This document shows, one piece after another, positions 1-10,168 of a stretch of DNA of 64,000 nt (position 1 is the stretch's first letter; each line of letters begins with the position of its first letter). Source of the stretch: Rebecca billardiae RCC1528 (Eukaryota > Protista > Haptophyta); NCBI GenBank assembly GCA_965240325.2, contig OZ251249.1, forward strand, positions 868,001-932,000, written 5' to 3'. The notes beneath the pieces were generated by a model. It searched no databases and was not told the origin of the DNA. It saw only the letters and a program-made list of their open reading frames with translations. Made by a program: the position numbers and the translations under genes.

Positions 1-2
1 GT

Positions 3-435
3 GCGGCCCTGCCGCGCACGCGCGCCACCGCCGCCGCGCCGGCCGACCGAGCGCGCGGCTGGGACTCCCAGCCGCCCGCGCAGCAGCAGCAGCAGCCGCG
101 CGGCGCAAAGCAGTGGTACGCGCGGCGGCGCGGCGGCGAGGACGGCGCGCCCACGCCGGCGCGGCGCAACAAGAACCGCGCGCGCAACCGCGCGCGCGCG
201 TGGGAGCGCGTGGGCGACGCGGTGCACGCGCGCGCCGCCGAGGCCGGCGCGCCGGCCGGCGCCGAGCTTGCCGCTGAGGGCGAGGCCGCCCGACCGCTGG
301 ACCTGGCGGCGGCGGCGGCGCTGCTCGGTGCGTTGCCGCGGCTGAATGACACGGCGGGTCGCGCGCTTGCCGCCGACGACGGGCACGGCCGAGCCGAGGC
401 CGCCGGCGGCGGCGGCGGCGCCGACGCGGATTCGG

Positions 436-472
<37 letters not shown>

Positions 473-1905
473 GCGATGGTACGACGCCATCACGTTCGGC
501 GGCCTCTCGGTGGGCCCCGAGCTCGCGGCCACGCTGCGCGCGCAGGGCCTGCGCGCCCCGCTGCCCATCCAGCGCGCCGCCTTCGCCCCGCTCTACGCGC
601 GGCACAACGCGGCGCTCGCCGCGCCGACGGGAAGTGGCAAGACGCTGGCGGTTCTACTGCCGCTGCTGGCGCGGCTGCGGCAGCAGCGGCGCGGCGGTAG
701 CGGCGGCGCGGCGGGCGTGGGCGCGCCGTTCCGCGTGCTCGTGCTCGCGCCGTCGATCGAGCTCGCGCGGCAGCACGCGCGCACGGCGCGCGCGCTCGTC
801 GGCCGCGGCGGCTCGGGTGCGGCGCGCTCGCCGGGCGCCGGGCGCGCGGGCGGCGCGCCGAGCGCGGCCGCCGCGGCCGCCGCCGCGGCGGAGGATGCCG
901 ACGCGATCAGCGTGGCGCTGTGGACGGACGCGAGCGCCGAGGCCGCGCGCGCGGCGCGGGTGTCCACGTTCGGCGCCGCGGCCGCCGCTGCCGATGCCGA
1001 GCCGTCCGACGCGCCACCCGAAGCGTCGGGCGCCGCCGCCGCCGCCGCGGCGCCGAGCGAGCGCGCGGCGGCGGAGGGCGGCGCGGGCGGCGCGGCGGCC
1101 GCGGAGGAGGGCGCGGCGGCGGCGGCGGCCGGGCTCGACCCGGCGGACGACGACCGCGGCGCGCTCGGCACCGTGGTGATCGCCACGCCCGCGGCCGCGC
1201 TCGCGCGCCTGCGCGCGGGCCTCTCCGCCAAGTGCTGGGGCCGGCTTGAGACGGTGGTGCTGGACGAGGCGGACGCGCTGCTGGGGCTCGACCTGCGGGC
1301 GGCGCCACGCCACGCCGCCGCCGCCGAGACGGGGGTGCAGGATGAGGCGGACGCGCTGCTGGGGCTCGACCTGAGGGCGGCGGCGCCCGCGGCGGAGGCG
1401 CGCGTGGCGGCGGCGGCGGGGCGTGGCGCGGCGCCCGCGGCCGAGGCGCGCGCGGCGGTGGAAGCGGAGTTGGCTGCGGCGGGCGTGGCGGCGGCGGTGG
1501 CGAGCGTGGAAGGCGCGGCGGAGGGGGCGGGCGCATGCGGCGACGGCGACGGCGGCGGGGTGGCCGGTGAGCATCGCGGGGGCGGCGGCGGCGTGGAGGC
1601 GGAGGCGCGCGGCGCGGCGGGCGGGCTGGGCCCGAGCCCAGCCGGCTCCGAGCCCGCGGCGCGCGGCGGCGGCGGGGCAAACGCCGAAGCCGCCGCGGCC
1701 GGCGGCGCGGCGCCGCCCTCACGCAGGCGCCGCCCGGCGGCGCGGCGCCGCGAGCGCACACCCACCGAGCATGTGCTGGAGCTGCTGGCCGCGCGCTGCC
1801 CCGGCGGGCTCGCGCACGCGGGCGCGGCGGCGGAGGCGGGCGGCGCGGCGCAGGCGCAGCAGCGGCGCTCGCGTGGCGGCGGCGGCGGCGGCGCGAGCGG
1901 CGGCA

Positions 1906-1938
<33 letters not shown>

Positions 1939-2744
1939 TGCAGCTGGTGGCCCTCTCAGCCACGGTGGGCCGCGCGCTGCGCCGCGCGCTGCAGGCCGTG
2001 AGCGGCGCGCCGTCCGTCGAGGCGGCGGCGTCCGTCGTCTCGGCGAGTGGCGGCACGGCCGACCGCCGCCGCGCCGCGCTGCTGCTGCCGCCCACGCTGT
2101 CGCACGGGTACCTGCTCGCGCCCGACGCCGTGGCGCGCGCCCCGCTCTCCGATGCGCGCTGGCACCGCCTCGTCCGCACGGCGTGGGACCGCGCCGACGC
2201 GAGCGCGGCGCGCGAGGGCGGCGCGCCGCCGCGCCGCGCGATCCTCTTCCTACCGCCCGCGGAGTCTGTGGCAGACGCGGTGAGTGCGCTGCGCGACGGC
2301 GGCGTGCTGGGCGCGGGCGTGCGCGTCACCGAGCTCCGGCGCGCGCCGGCGGCAGCCGCCGCCCGCCCCGACGTCGACGGCGGCGCCGCGGAGGCGCCCG
2401 GGGCGGATGCGGCGGCGGCGGGGCGCTCCGGCGCGCCGCCGCTGCCGGCGGTGGCGGCGGCGACACGCGAGCTGCTCGTCGCGAGCGAGCAGCGCGCGCG
2501 CGGCATCGACCTCGACGGCGTGGGGCTGGTCCTCCTGCGAGGCGCGGCGCGCACCGCCGGCGCGTATGTGCACGCGAGCGGCCGCTGCGCGCGCGCCGGC
2601 GCGCGCGGCCGCGCGATCGCGCTGCTCGGCCCGGAGCACGCGCGCGCGTACGCGCGCGCGGCGCGAGTGCTCGATCTGCGGCTGGCGGCCGAGCTGTGCG
2701 CCGTCGTGCACGAGGCGGACGCGGCCGCCGGCGGCGCCGACTGA
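3..2744 (+). CDS. DEAD-box RNA helicase-like protein, 5'-partial, with low-complexity insertions
   Basis: Frame is open from base 3. Motifs: Q (PLPIQ), I (APTGSGKT), Ia (LAPSIELARQ), Ib (IATP), II (LDEAD, present twice), III (SAT), V (ARGIDL), degenerate VI (HASGRCARAG). Stop TGA ends at 2744. Confidence 0.85.
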
Positions 2745-3672
2745 CGGGACCTCATCGCCTCATCGGTGGACGGTTAGACGCAGCATCACGCGGCGACATG
2801 CGCAGTGATAGACAAGTCATCAGCTCATCAGTCGGTGACAAGGGGTCATCAGTCCGTCATGGCCCAACAGTCCAATAACATTACAGGTCGGTGAGGGCAG
2901 AATGAGACAGAGGGCACTTGTTTGACGAGATAGACAATAATAAAGTGAAAGGCGGCGGCCCTGAGTGGCGGCCCCGCCACCGGTGGCGCCCACTGGGCGT
3001 GGTGCATGGCGCCCGCCTCGCACGCGCTACAGCGCCCGGTGAGGTGGACGCAAGTCTGTCGAGACGCGTCACATGTGTGCCCAAGCTGCATGCCTGGCAC
3101 CTCCGCTCGTTTGCCGGCCGCTCCGCTGCCCATGCCTGGCCTGCACGCACCAAACGTAGCCGCCGAACGTGCCCCGCCACTGTGAGACGGCCGCGAACCG
3201 CGATGCACGGTGCCCTTCAGTGACGTGAGCAAGGTAGTCCACTACTGCAAGGGGACGCCAACCTGACGGCTGCCCATGCCATGGGAGGTAGTAGGGACGT
3301 CAGACACGCGCCAAGAGCCCATGGGAAGCTTGCTCTCCCCAGTTGGTGAGCTCGTCGGGCGTGCGCACGCGGTTTGTCTCAAAGTGCCCTCCCCCCCCCC
3401 CCCCCAAAGTGAGGCAAACTTGATGGTGCTCGTGCTCCTCAACGGCATGGAGTTAGCCCACGAGACTCGCAGCTTGAACTCTTCGTCGGATGCCCTCCAC
3501 GACGACGTGCGCGAAGGGCGTGAGCGCCATCGTGGTGAAGCGCAAAACACGTCCGGGATTTTGATGTCTCATGATTATTCTGCCCTCACCCATGACCCAC
3601 CTGTACTCGCACGTGAAACTGCTTGGCACGAGATGGAACGACGACGAACTCCGCCGCGAAGCTTTGATGCAT

Positions 3673-5932
3673 ATAAGGCTATTTCAGAACCGTTACGGCT
3701 TCTATTTGTCCGGAGTCTGAATACGGGAATTGGAGTGGCGCGCGAGGAGCTCAGAAGGTACACTGGGCCCCGGCCAGGCAGCGGCTGGGCGATGGCAACG
3801 TGCGTCGTGGGAGGGGCACGTTCGCGGTGCTGTGCGGCCGGGTGCGCGTGGGTGGAGAAGGCGAGGCTCGCGTACGTGCAGGAGCCGCAGCTTTAGGGCC
3901 TCAGGTCGCTCCAGCACGGCTGCGGCGTCGGCTTGCCCCCGCCCGCGCCTACCGTGGGCTACGAGCGTTGGCTCTTCTGCGACGAGCACGACCCTGCTGC
4001 TCTAGCGCTGATCGGCGACGTCGTCGTGGTTGAGAGCCTCTTCGGTAGTCCCGGTCCGCGTCGTCACGGCGATCTGAGGTGCGCGAGCTACGTGCGAAGC
4101 TGCACGTGCAACGCACTCTGCTCTCGCGCGCGCGCACAGTCGACAACACGACATCTGCTTCTGGCGCAGCCTGTCATAACATCGGCTTCGGCGCGCCCTC
4201 GCAGGCGCGCGCGGTTAATCCCTGTCGTGCGCGCACACGGCCAACGCGTGCGTGCGGCTGCGCGTTCGCGCATGCCGTCGAGCATCAAGGCGTCTTGCGT
4301 GCACCGCTGGTCCGCCCGTCCGCGGGCGTCTGTGGCAGCCGAGTAGTCAGTATACGTCTGTACTAGCGCTCTAGCAGTGTCATTGATGCGGTCGGCAGCG
4401 CGAGATCGACCTGGGCACCTCGGATGATGTGCCCCTGAGTTGCAGTCAGAGGCGCCAGACCCAGATCGGGCCCGGCGCCTGAACCTGGGCTACTTGTCAG
4501 CGGCACGGCCGCAGCTTGGCCAGCTTCTTGCTGGCTTGGGCGGTCCACTCCGGTCGGCCAGCGGCCGGCGCGCAGTAAATAGCTCATCCAGAGGCCGCGT
4601 GTCGCGCGTTCAGCCGCGCTGCCGAGCTCTAGCTGCACTTCGCCACGAGCTCATGCAGCCCCGCGAGCGCTGTGTCGCGCTGCTCGGCGTACTCACCCGG
4701 CGCCGCCACCAATAGGTCGATGCATACGGGCCACACGGCCATGGCGATGAAGTGGCCAGCGGCTGCGTGGGGCTGGCCCTCGCGCAGCAGCCGCTGCCTG
4801 TCCACGTCGAAGCGCCGCGCGTACCTGCCACCGTCTGCGGCGTGGCTGCGTACACTTGTCGCCAAACGCCGCGTCCGCGTCCGTCTCCTAGCCGCGCACC
4901 GCGTGCCACTCGGCGCGCAGCTGGTGCAGCTTGGGCACTGGCGGGCAGCGCGGCGCGGAGCGCGGCGTGGTTCCCGGGCATTAGCATGTGCCGCATGCCC
5001 TTTGTCATGTCGCCCATCCTGTGCGCCAGCGCGGCCAGCAGCTTGCCCTGACGGTCACAGGCCGACTGACGCTTGAGCGTACTGCCCAAGGAGAGAGTGC
5101 CTCCGCCGTATCCTCCACAGGGTGGCGAGAGTATCACATAAATCTTCACCGTGCTCCCCGTCCGATTGTGCGGCTTGGTAACCGCGTGCCTGCCAGTCGA
5201 AGAAGTGGCCAGCCGCTCCTGCCCCGACTCCGCGAGAGCAGCAGCATCGTAACTGCTACCGTACACTTGGCTCTCGACCAGGGACGGGCGGACCAGCGGT
5301 GCACGCAAGACGCCTTGATGCTCGACGGCATGCGCGAACGCGCAGCCGCACGCACGCGTTGGCCGTGTGCGCGCACGACAGGGATTAACCGCGCGCGCCT
5401 GCGAGGGCGCGCCGAAGCCGCTGTTATGACAGGCTGCGCCAGAAGCAGATGTCGTGTTGTCGACTGCGCGCGCGCGCGCGAGAGCAGAGTGCGTTGCACG
5501 TGCAGCTTCGCACGTAGCTCGCGCACCTCAGATCGCCGTGACGACGCGGACCGGGACTACCGAAGAGGCTCTCAACCACGACGACGTCGCCGATCAGCGC
5601 TAGAGCAGCAGGGTCGTGCTCGTCGCAGAAGAGCCAACGCTCGTAGCCCACGGTAGGCGCGGGCGGGGGCAAGCCGACGCCGCAGCCGTGCTGGAGCGAC
5701 CTGAGGCCCTAAAGCTGCGGCTCCTGCACGTACGCGAGCCTCGCCTTCTCCACCCACGCGCACCCGGCCGCACAGCACCGCGAACGTGCCCCTCCCACGA
5801 CGCACGTTGCCATCGCCAAGCCGCTGCCTGGCCGGGGCCCAGTGTACCTTCTGAGCTCCTCGCGCGCCACTCCAATTCCCGTATTCAGACTCCGGACAAA
5901 TAGAAGCCGTAACGGTTCTGAAATAGCCTTAT
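3673..5932. mobile_element. Non-autonomous long-TIR (foldback-like) DNA transposon
   Basis: Near-identical inverted arms at 3673-4321 and 5282-5932 (~650 bp) around a 960-bp core. Termini read TA|AGGCTATTTCAGAACCGTTACGG...CCGTAACGGTTCTGAAATAGCCT|TA. Mirror-image ORFs appear in the track. No transposase recognised. Confidence 0.8.
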
Positions 5933-6347
5933 TGACGTAAGTTTGCCGATCAATCGATCATCAGCTGTTTCGAAGTATTGGGGAGATTCAGACTCCTCAT
6001 TTTGGATTGTTGGCTGTTCGGAGATGATTTGCTCCGGAGAATTCCAAGCATTCCGAGCTCAAATGTCATCGCGTACCGCGTATTTGACGGGATTCGATGG
6101 GTGGAGATATTGGAGATATGGCGCATCAATAGCTGCGCCGCCTTCATCCACCAATGATGGAGGCTCACCTACGAAACACGATGAGACGCTCATCAGCCGA
6201 GATCGGCATCTGAGCCGCAGGCAGATGCGGAGATCGGATCCCACAGCCGCCGACCAAACGACCTCGGCCTCGTCGCGGCCTTCTCAGCTTGCAGTTTGCC
6301 TGAACTCTCGGCGACGCACCGAGCGCCCGGCTGCACGCGGACGACCC

Positions 6348-9300
6348 ATGGGCCCGCCCGTCCTGCTCCGGGCCGCGGGCGCCCTCGTGGGCGCCGCCGC
6401 GCTCCTCGCGTGCGCGCAGACGCGCGCCGCCGCGCACGGCTGCGCGCTCGTCGCGCTCGTCTTGCTCGCGGGCGCAAACCCGATGCTCGCGCGCGCACTC
6501 GGCGCGCCGGCGGCTCCGCCGCGCGCCGTTCGGCTGGCCGTCCACGGGCTCGCGCTTCTCTCCGTGCTCGCCTTCGCGACGTACGCGCGCGAAGCCCTCC
6601 TCGCCGCGCTCGCCGCGCAGCGCGGCGCGCTGCCGGCCGCGGCCGGTCTCGCGCACGGCGCGCGCGCTGTGCTCACGCTCGCGCTGCTCGGTCTCTGGGC
6701 CGTCATCACGCTGGCGCTCGTCGCGCCCGAGGGCGAGTCGAGCGCGCGCGCGGCGCTGCATGCGAGCCTCGCGAGCCAGTGGCTCGGCACGCAGACGCTG
6801 CTGCTGCTGCACGCGCTGACGGCGCCGGCGACGCTCGCGGCCGCGTCGGCCGCAGAGGGCCTCGGCGTGGCGCGCGTGGCGGCGGCCGGCAGCCTGGCGG
6901 GCATGAAGGCGGCCCCCGCGCACGCGCTGCACGGGGCCACCTCCGCGGCGGAGCTCGCGCTTCTCGTGCTCTGCGCGTGCGCGGGTGCGGCGATGTGCGC
7001 GAGCACTCGCGCCGCCGCCGCGCTGGCCACCGTCCTCGCGAGGCTCGGCGCTGGCGCAGAGCCGGGCCGTGCGAAGGGCGCGCGCCTCGGCGGCGGCGGC
7101 GTTTGGCCCGACCTCGAGCAGCCGTGCAGCGTGCCCGGTGACGCGCTGCCGCACCCGCCGCCGTTGCCGCCCGCAGCGGCCCCGCCGCCGTCGCCGCCGC
7201 CGTCGCCGCCTGCGTGGGCTCGGCGCTTCGGCGCGCAGCCCGGCGCACCGCCGGAGCAGCCGCCGCCGCACGCGGATGACTACGGCCCGCCGCACGTGCC
7301 CGACGCCAGCCTCGGCGGCGGCGGCGGCTCGGCGCACGGTCTCTACCTGCTGGACGAGCTGCGGCACGCGATGGCGGCGGCGGCGGAGATGGAGGACGCG
7401 CACCCCAGCAGCTCGCACGTGCACGCGCCCGCGCCCGCGAGCCACGACGCCGCCAGCGCCGGGGACGGTGCTGACGACAGCGCTCACTCCAGCCTCGGCC
7501 GCGCGCGGGGCGCGCGGCTCGAGCTGCCGCTCGAGATGCCGCCGGTCTCCGACCTGTGCCACCATCAGCACCACCAGCTGCAGCCGCCGTGGGAGCAGCA
7601 GCACGCGCCGTCCGCGCACGCAGCGCTCCCGCCCGGCCGCTCGGGCGCGGCCGACGAGCCGCCGGCGTGGGTGCGAGTCCTGCTGGAGGACGAGCTCGCG
7701 CTCACGGGCGCGGCGGCGCACGGCGCGGCGGGCGCGCCCGAGGCGCCGCCGGAGGCGTGGCAGCCGCACTCGGCGTTTGCGCCCGCGCCCGGCAGCGCCT
7801 CGCCGCCGATGGCCCCGCGCGCGCCCACGCTCACGCCCGCGGCCGGCGCGGCGGCGGCGGCGGCCGCTCACGGCTGGCCCGCGCCCGCGCCCGCGCTCGC
7901 GCCCTCCGCGGAGGAGCGGTGCTCGAGCTCGCCCGGGAGCAGATCGCACGCCCGGCGGAAGCGGGGGCCGCCGGCGACGGCCGCCATGCCCGGCGCGCAG
8001 CACGCGCGGCTCGGCCGCCCCGCGCCGCCGCCGGCCGACCCCCTCGCCCACCTGGCGCCAGCCGAGCTGAGCGCGCCGGGCGGCGGCGCGGGCTGCGGCG
8101 GCGGCGCGGCGGCGTCCGGGCTGGCCTCTGACCTGTGCCCGGGGTGCGAGGGCGCGTCCGCCGCGGCGGAGCCCGTCGCGTGCCGCGCGGCGGACGCGCG
8201 CTCGGCGGCGCCGCCGCCGCACTCGTTCAGCGCGCACGTGGCGTCCGCGCTCGGCGCCGCCTCGCCCGCGCTCTCATCTGGCGGGCGGCACGCGGCGTCG
8301 GGTGCGCAGCCGGCGTGCCCGACCTCGGCCGCGCTCGAGCGGCTCGTCGGCTCGTCCGCCGCGCTGGGCGGCGGCGCCTTCTTCGCCGCGCCGTACGCCG
8401 ACGGCCCGCTCGGCGCCGTCACCGACGTCACCGGCGTCACCGGCGTCACGGGCGTCACCGGCGTAACGGGCGTAACCGACGACAGCATGCGCTCGGCGAG
8501 CGGGCGGCGCGCGCCCCGCGGCGCGTGGGCGGCGCACGCCGAGCTGGCGGAGGCGGGCGCGGGCGGCACGGCGCGCGAGCAGCTGCTGCGGCTGCACGAG
8601 CTGCGGGGCCTGCGCGAGTTCCAAGGGCTGCACGGCTTGCACGAGTTCCAGCAGCTGCAGGAATTGCGCGAATTTCAAGAGTTTCAGGAGCTGCGCGCAC
8701 GCCGCGTGCTCGAGGCGGAGTGCGCGGCGCTCGCGCAGATGGGCGCGGCGGGCGCGGCGGCGTCGGCGTTCGCGCTCGAGCGCGCGCACGCGGGCGCGCC
8801 CTCGCCGTGGTGCGCGCCGCCCTCGGCGTGCGCCGGCGCCGTGCCGCAGCCGCCGTTTGGCTCCGCGGCCACGCTCGCTCTCGGCGGCGGCATGGCATGC
8901 CACGGGCCCTCGGGTCTGCAGCAGCACGCGCAGCAGCACGCGCAGCAGCAGCAGCAGCAGCAGCAGCGCGCGCAGTGGCAGTACGCGCAGCTGCACCCGC
9001 TGCACCAGCCGCAGCAGCACAGGGACGACGAGGACCGCGTGCGCTGGCATCCCTGCGCGCCGCCGCCCGCCGCGCCGCCCGGCTGCGGCGCCGCGCCGGC
9101 CGACGGCGGCGGCGGGGGCGGCGGCGGCTCGGTGTTTGGGCTGCTGGCGGGGTTCCTGCAGCGGCAGTGCGCGCAGCCGGCGGCGCAGCCGCCGCCGCCG
9201 GCGCAGCAGCTCGCGCGCGCCATGCAGGTCTGCGCCGAGAGCGGCGCCGCGCCCACCGCGTCCACGCCGTGTGCGGACGGCGGCGGCGGCGCGCCGCACG

Positions 9301-10016
9301 CGGCGCCGGCGATGCCGCCAGCCGACGACCGCGCGCCGCCGCCGTACCGCATGTGGCAGCTGCAGCACTCGCTCGCCGAGCGGCTGCCGCAGCTGCAGCC
9401 GCCGCCCGCCGCGGACACGGCGCGCGTCGTCGAGCTCTGGAGCGGGCTCGCCCCGGAGGTCGCAGCACTCGCGCAGCGGCGCAAGTCGCCCGCGCTCGCC
9501 GCGAGCGCGGCGCGCTCGAGCGGCGCGCGCGAGCCGGTGGCGGTGCGCTGGTCACACCGACAGTACTGCCAGGGCTGCGGCCGCTCCAAGGCGGGGCACA
9601 AGCGCAGCGCGGTGCACGGCAAGTGCGCCGACCCGCTGTGCCACTGCGGGCTGCCGCGGCTGCTGCACCCGCACGCGCTCCCCGCGGGCGCGCGCTGCCA
9701 GGGCGAGTGGCGCGACCTGCTCGCCATGCGCTGCAACCGGGGCGGCGGGCAGCCGCTGCCGCCGCCGACCGCGCCGCCGCAGGCCGTGGGCACAGCCGCC
9801 GCCGCGCCGATGGCGATGGGCCACGCCACGGCGCTGCCGGTCGGCGTGCGGCTCGCGGCGGCGGAGGCCGCGCTCCCAGCGGCCCGTCGCGCGCCGGCCG
9901 AGCCGAGCGCGCTGGCGGTGGGCAGGCCGCAGCTCGCGCACGCGCTCCCGATGCTCCCGACCGCGCTCGTCGCAGCATCGCACGCGCCGCAGCAGGGCTA
10001 CTGGGCTGAGGCCTGA
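6348..10016 (+). CDS. Hypothetical protein (~1222 aa): N-terminal multi-TM region, long disordered middle, C-terminal Cys/His cluster
   Basis: First ATG in GC-rich coding context is at 6348 (MGPPVLLR). Several hydrophobic stretches in the first ~230 aa, VTG and xxEFQ repeats, polyQ, and CQGCGRSKAGH...HGKC...CHCG...H near the C-terminus. Confidence 0.65.
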   Translation: MGPPVLLRAAGALVGAAALLACAQTRAAAHGCALVALVLLAGANPMLARALGAPAAPPRAVRLAVHGLALLSVLAFATYAREALLAALAAQRGALPAAAGLAHGARAVLTLALLGLWAVITLALVAPEGESSARAALHASLASQWLGTQTLLLLHALTAPATLAAASAAEGLGVARVAAAGSLAGMKAAPAHALHGATSAAELALLVLCACAGAAMCASTRAAAALATVLARLGAGAEPGRAKGARLGGGGVWPDLEQPCSVPGDALPHPPPLPPAAAPPPSPPPSPPAWARRFGAQPGAPPEQPPPHADDYGPPHVPDASLGGGGGSAHGLYLLDELRHAMAAAAEMEDAHPSSSHVHAPAPASHDAASAGDGADDSAHSSLGRARGARLELPLEMPPVSDLCHHQHHQLQPPWEQQHAPSAHAALPPGRSGAADEPPAWVRVLLEDELALTGAAAHGAAGAPEAPPEAWQPHSAFAPAPGSASPPMAPRAPTLTPAAGAAAAAAAHGWPAPAPALAPSAEERCSSSPGSRSHARRKRGPPATAAMPGAQHARLGRPAPPPADPLAHLAPAELSAPGGGAGCGGGAAASGLASDLCPGCEGASAAAEPVACRAADARSAAPPPHSFSAHVASALGAASPALSSGGRHAASGAQPACPTSAALERLVGSSAALGGGAFFAAPYADGPLGAVTDVTGVTGVTGVTGVTGVTDDSMRSASGRRAPRGAWAAHAELAEAGAGGTAREQLLRLHELRGLREFQGLHGLHEFQQLQELREFQEFQELRARRVLEAECAALAQMGAAGAAASAFALERAHAGAPSPWCAPPSACAGAVPQPPFGSAATLALGGGMACHGPSGLQQHAQQHAQQQQQQQQRAQWQYAQLHPLHQPQQHRDDEDRVRWHPCAPPPAAPPGCGAAPADGGGGGGGGSVFGLLAGFLQRQCAQPAAQPPPPAQQLARAMQVCAESGAAPTASTPCADGGGGAPHAAPAMPPADDRAPPPYRMWQLQHSLAERLPQLQPPPAADTARVVELWSGLAPEVAALAQRRKSPALAASAARSSGAREPVAVRWSHRQYCQGCGRSKAGHKRSAVHGKCADPLCHCGLPRLLHPHALPAGARCQGEWRDLLAMRCNRGGGQPLPPPTAPPQAVGTAAAAPMAMGHATALPVGVRLAAAEAALPAARRAPAEPSALAVGRPQLAHALPMLPTALVAASHAPQQGYWAEA

Positions 10017-10168
10017 GCCGGTGACGGCGACGACTCGGGCGAGTGTCCGCGAGTGACGAGGAGTCAGCGGGTGACGAGATGATACTGACGATGATGACGA
10101 CGACGATGATGGCCGTTGCATATACGGATACCACTACGTCGTTCATTCATGCATATATATATATATAT

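Noticed and set aside
5943-6347. N-terminal extension of the 1357-aa ORF (likewise 48437-48742 and 61156-61431)
   Set aside because: These extensions are AT-richer, mostly begin at non-ATG codons, and look like promoter or UTR sequence.
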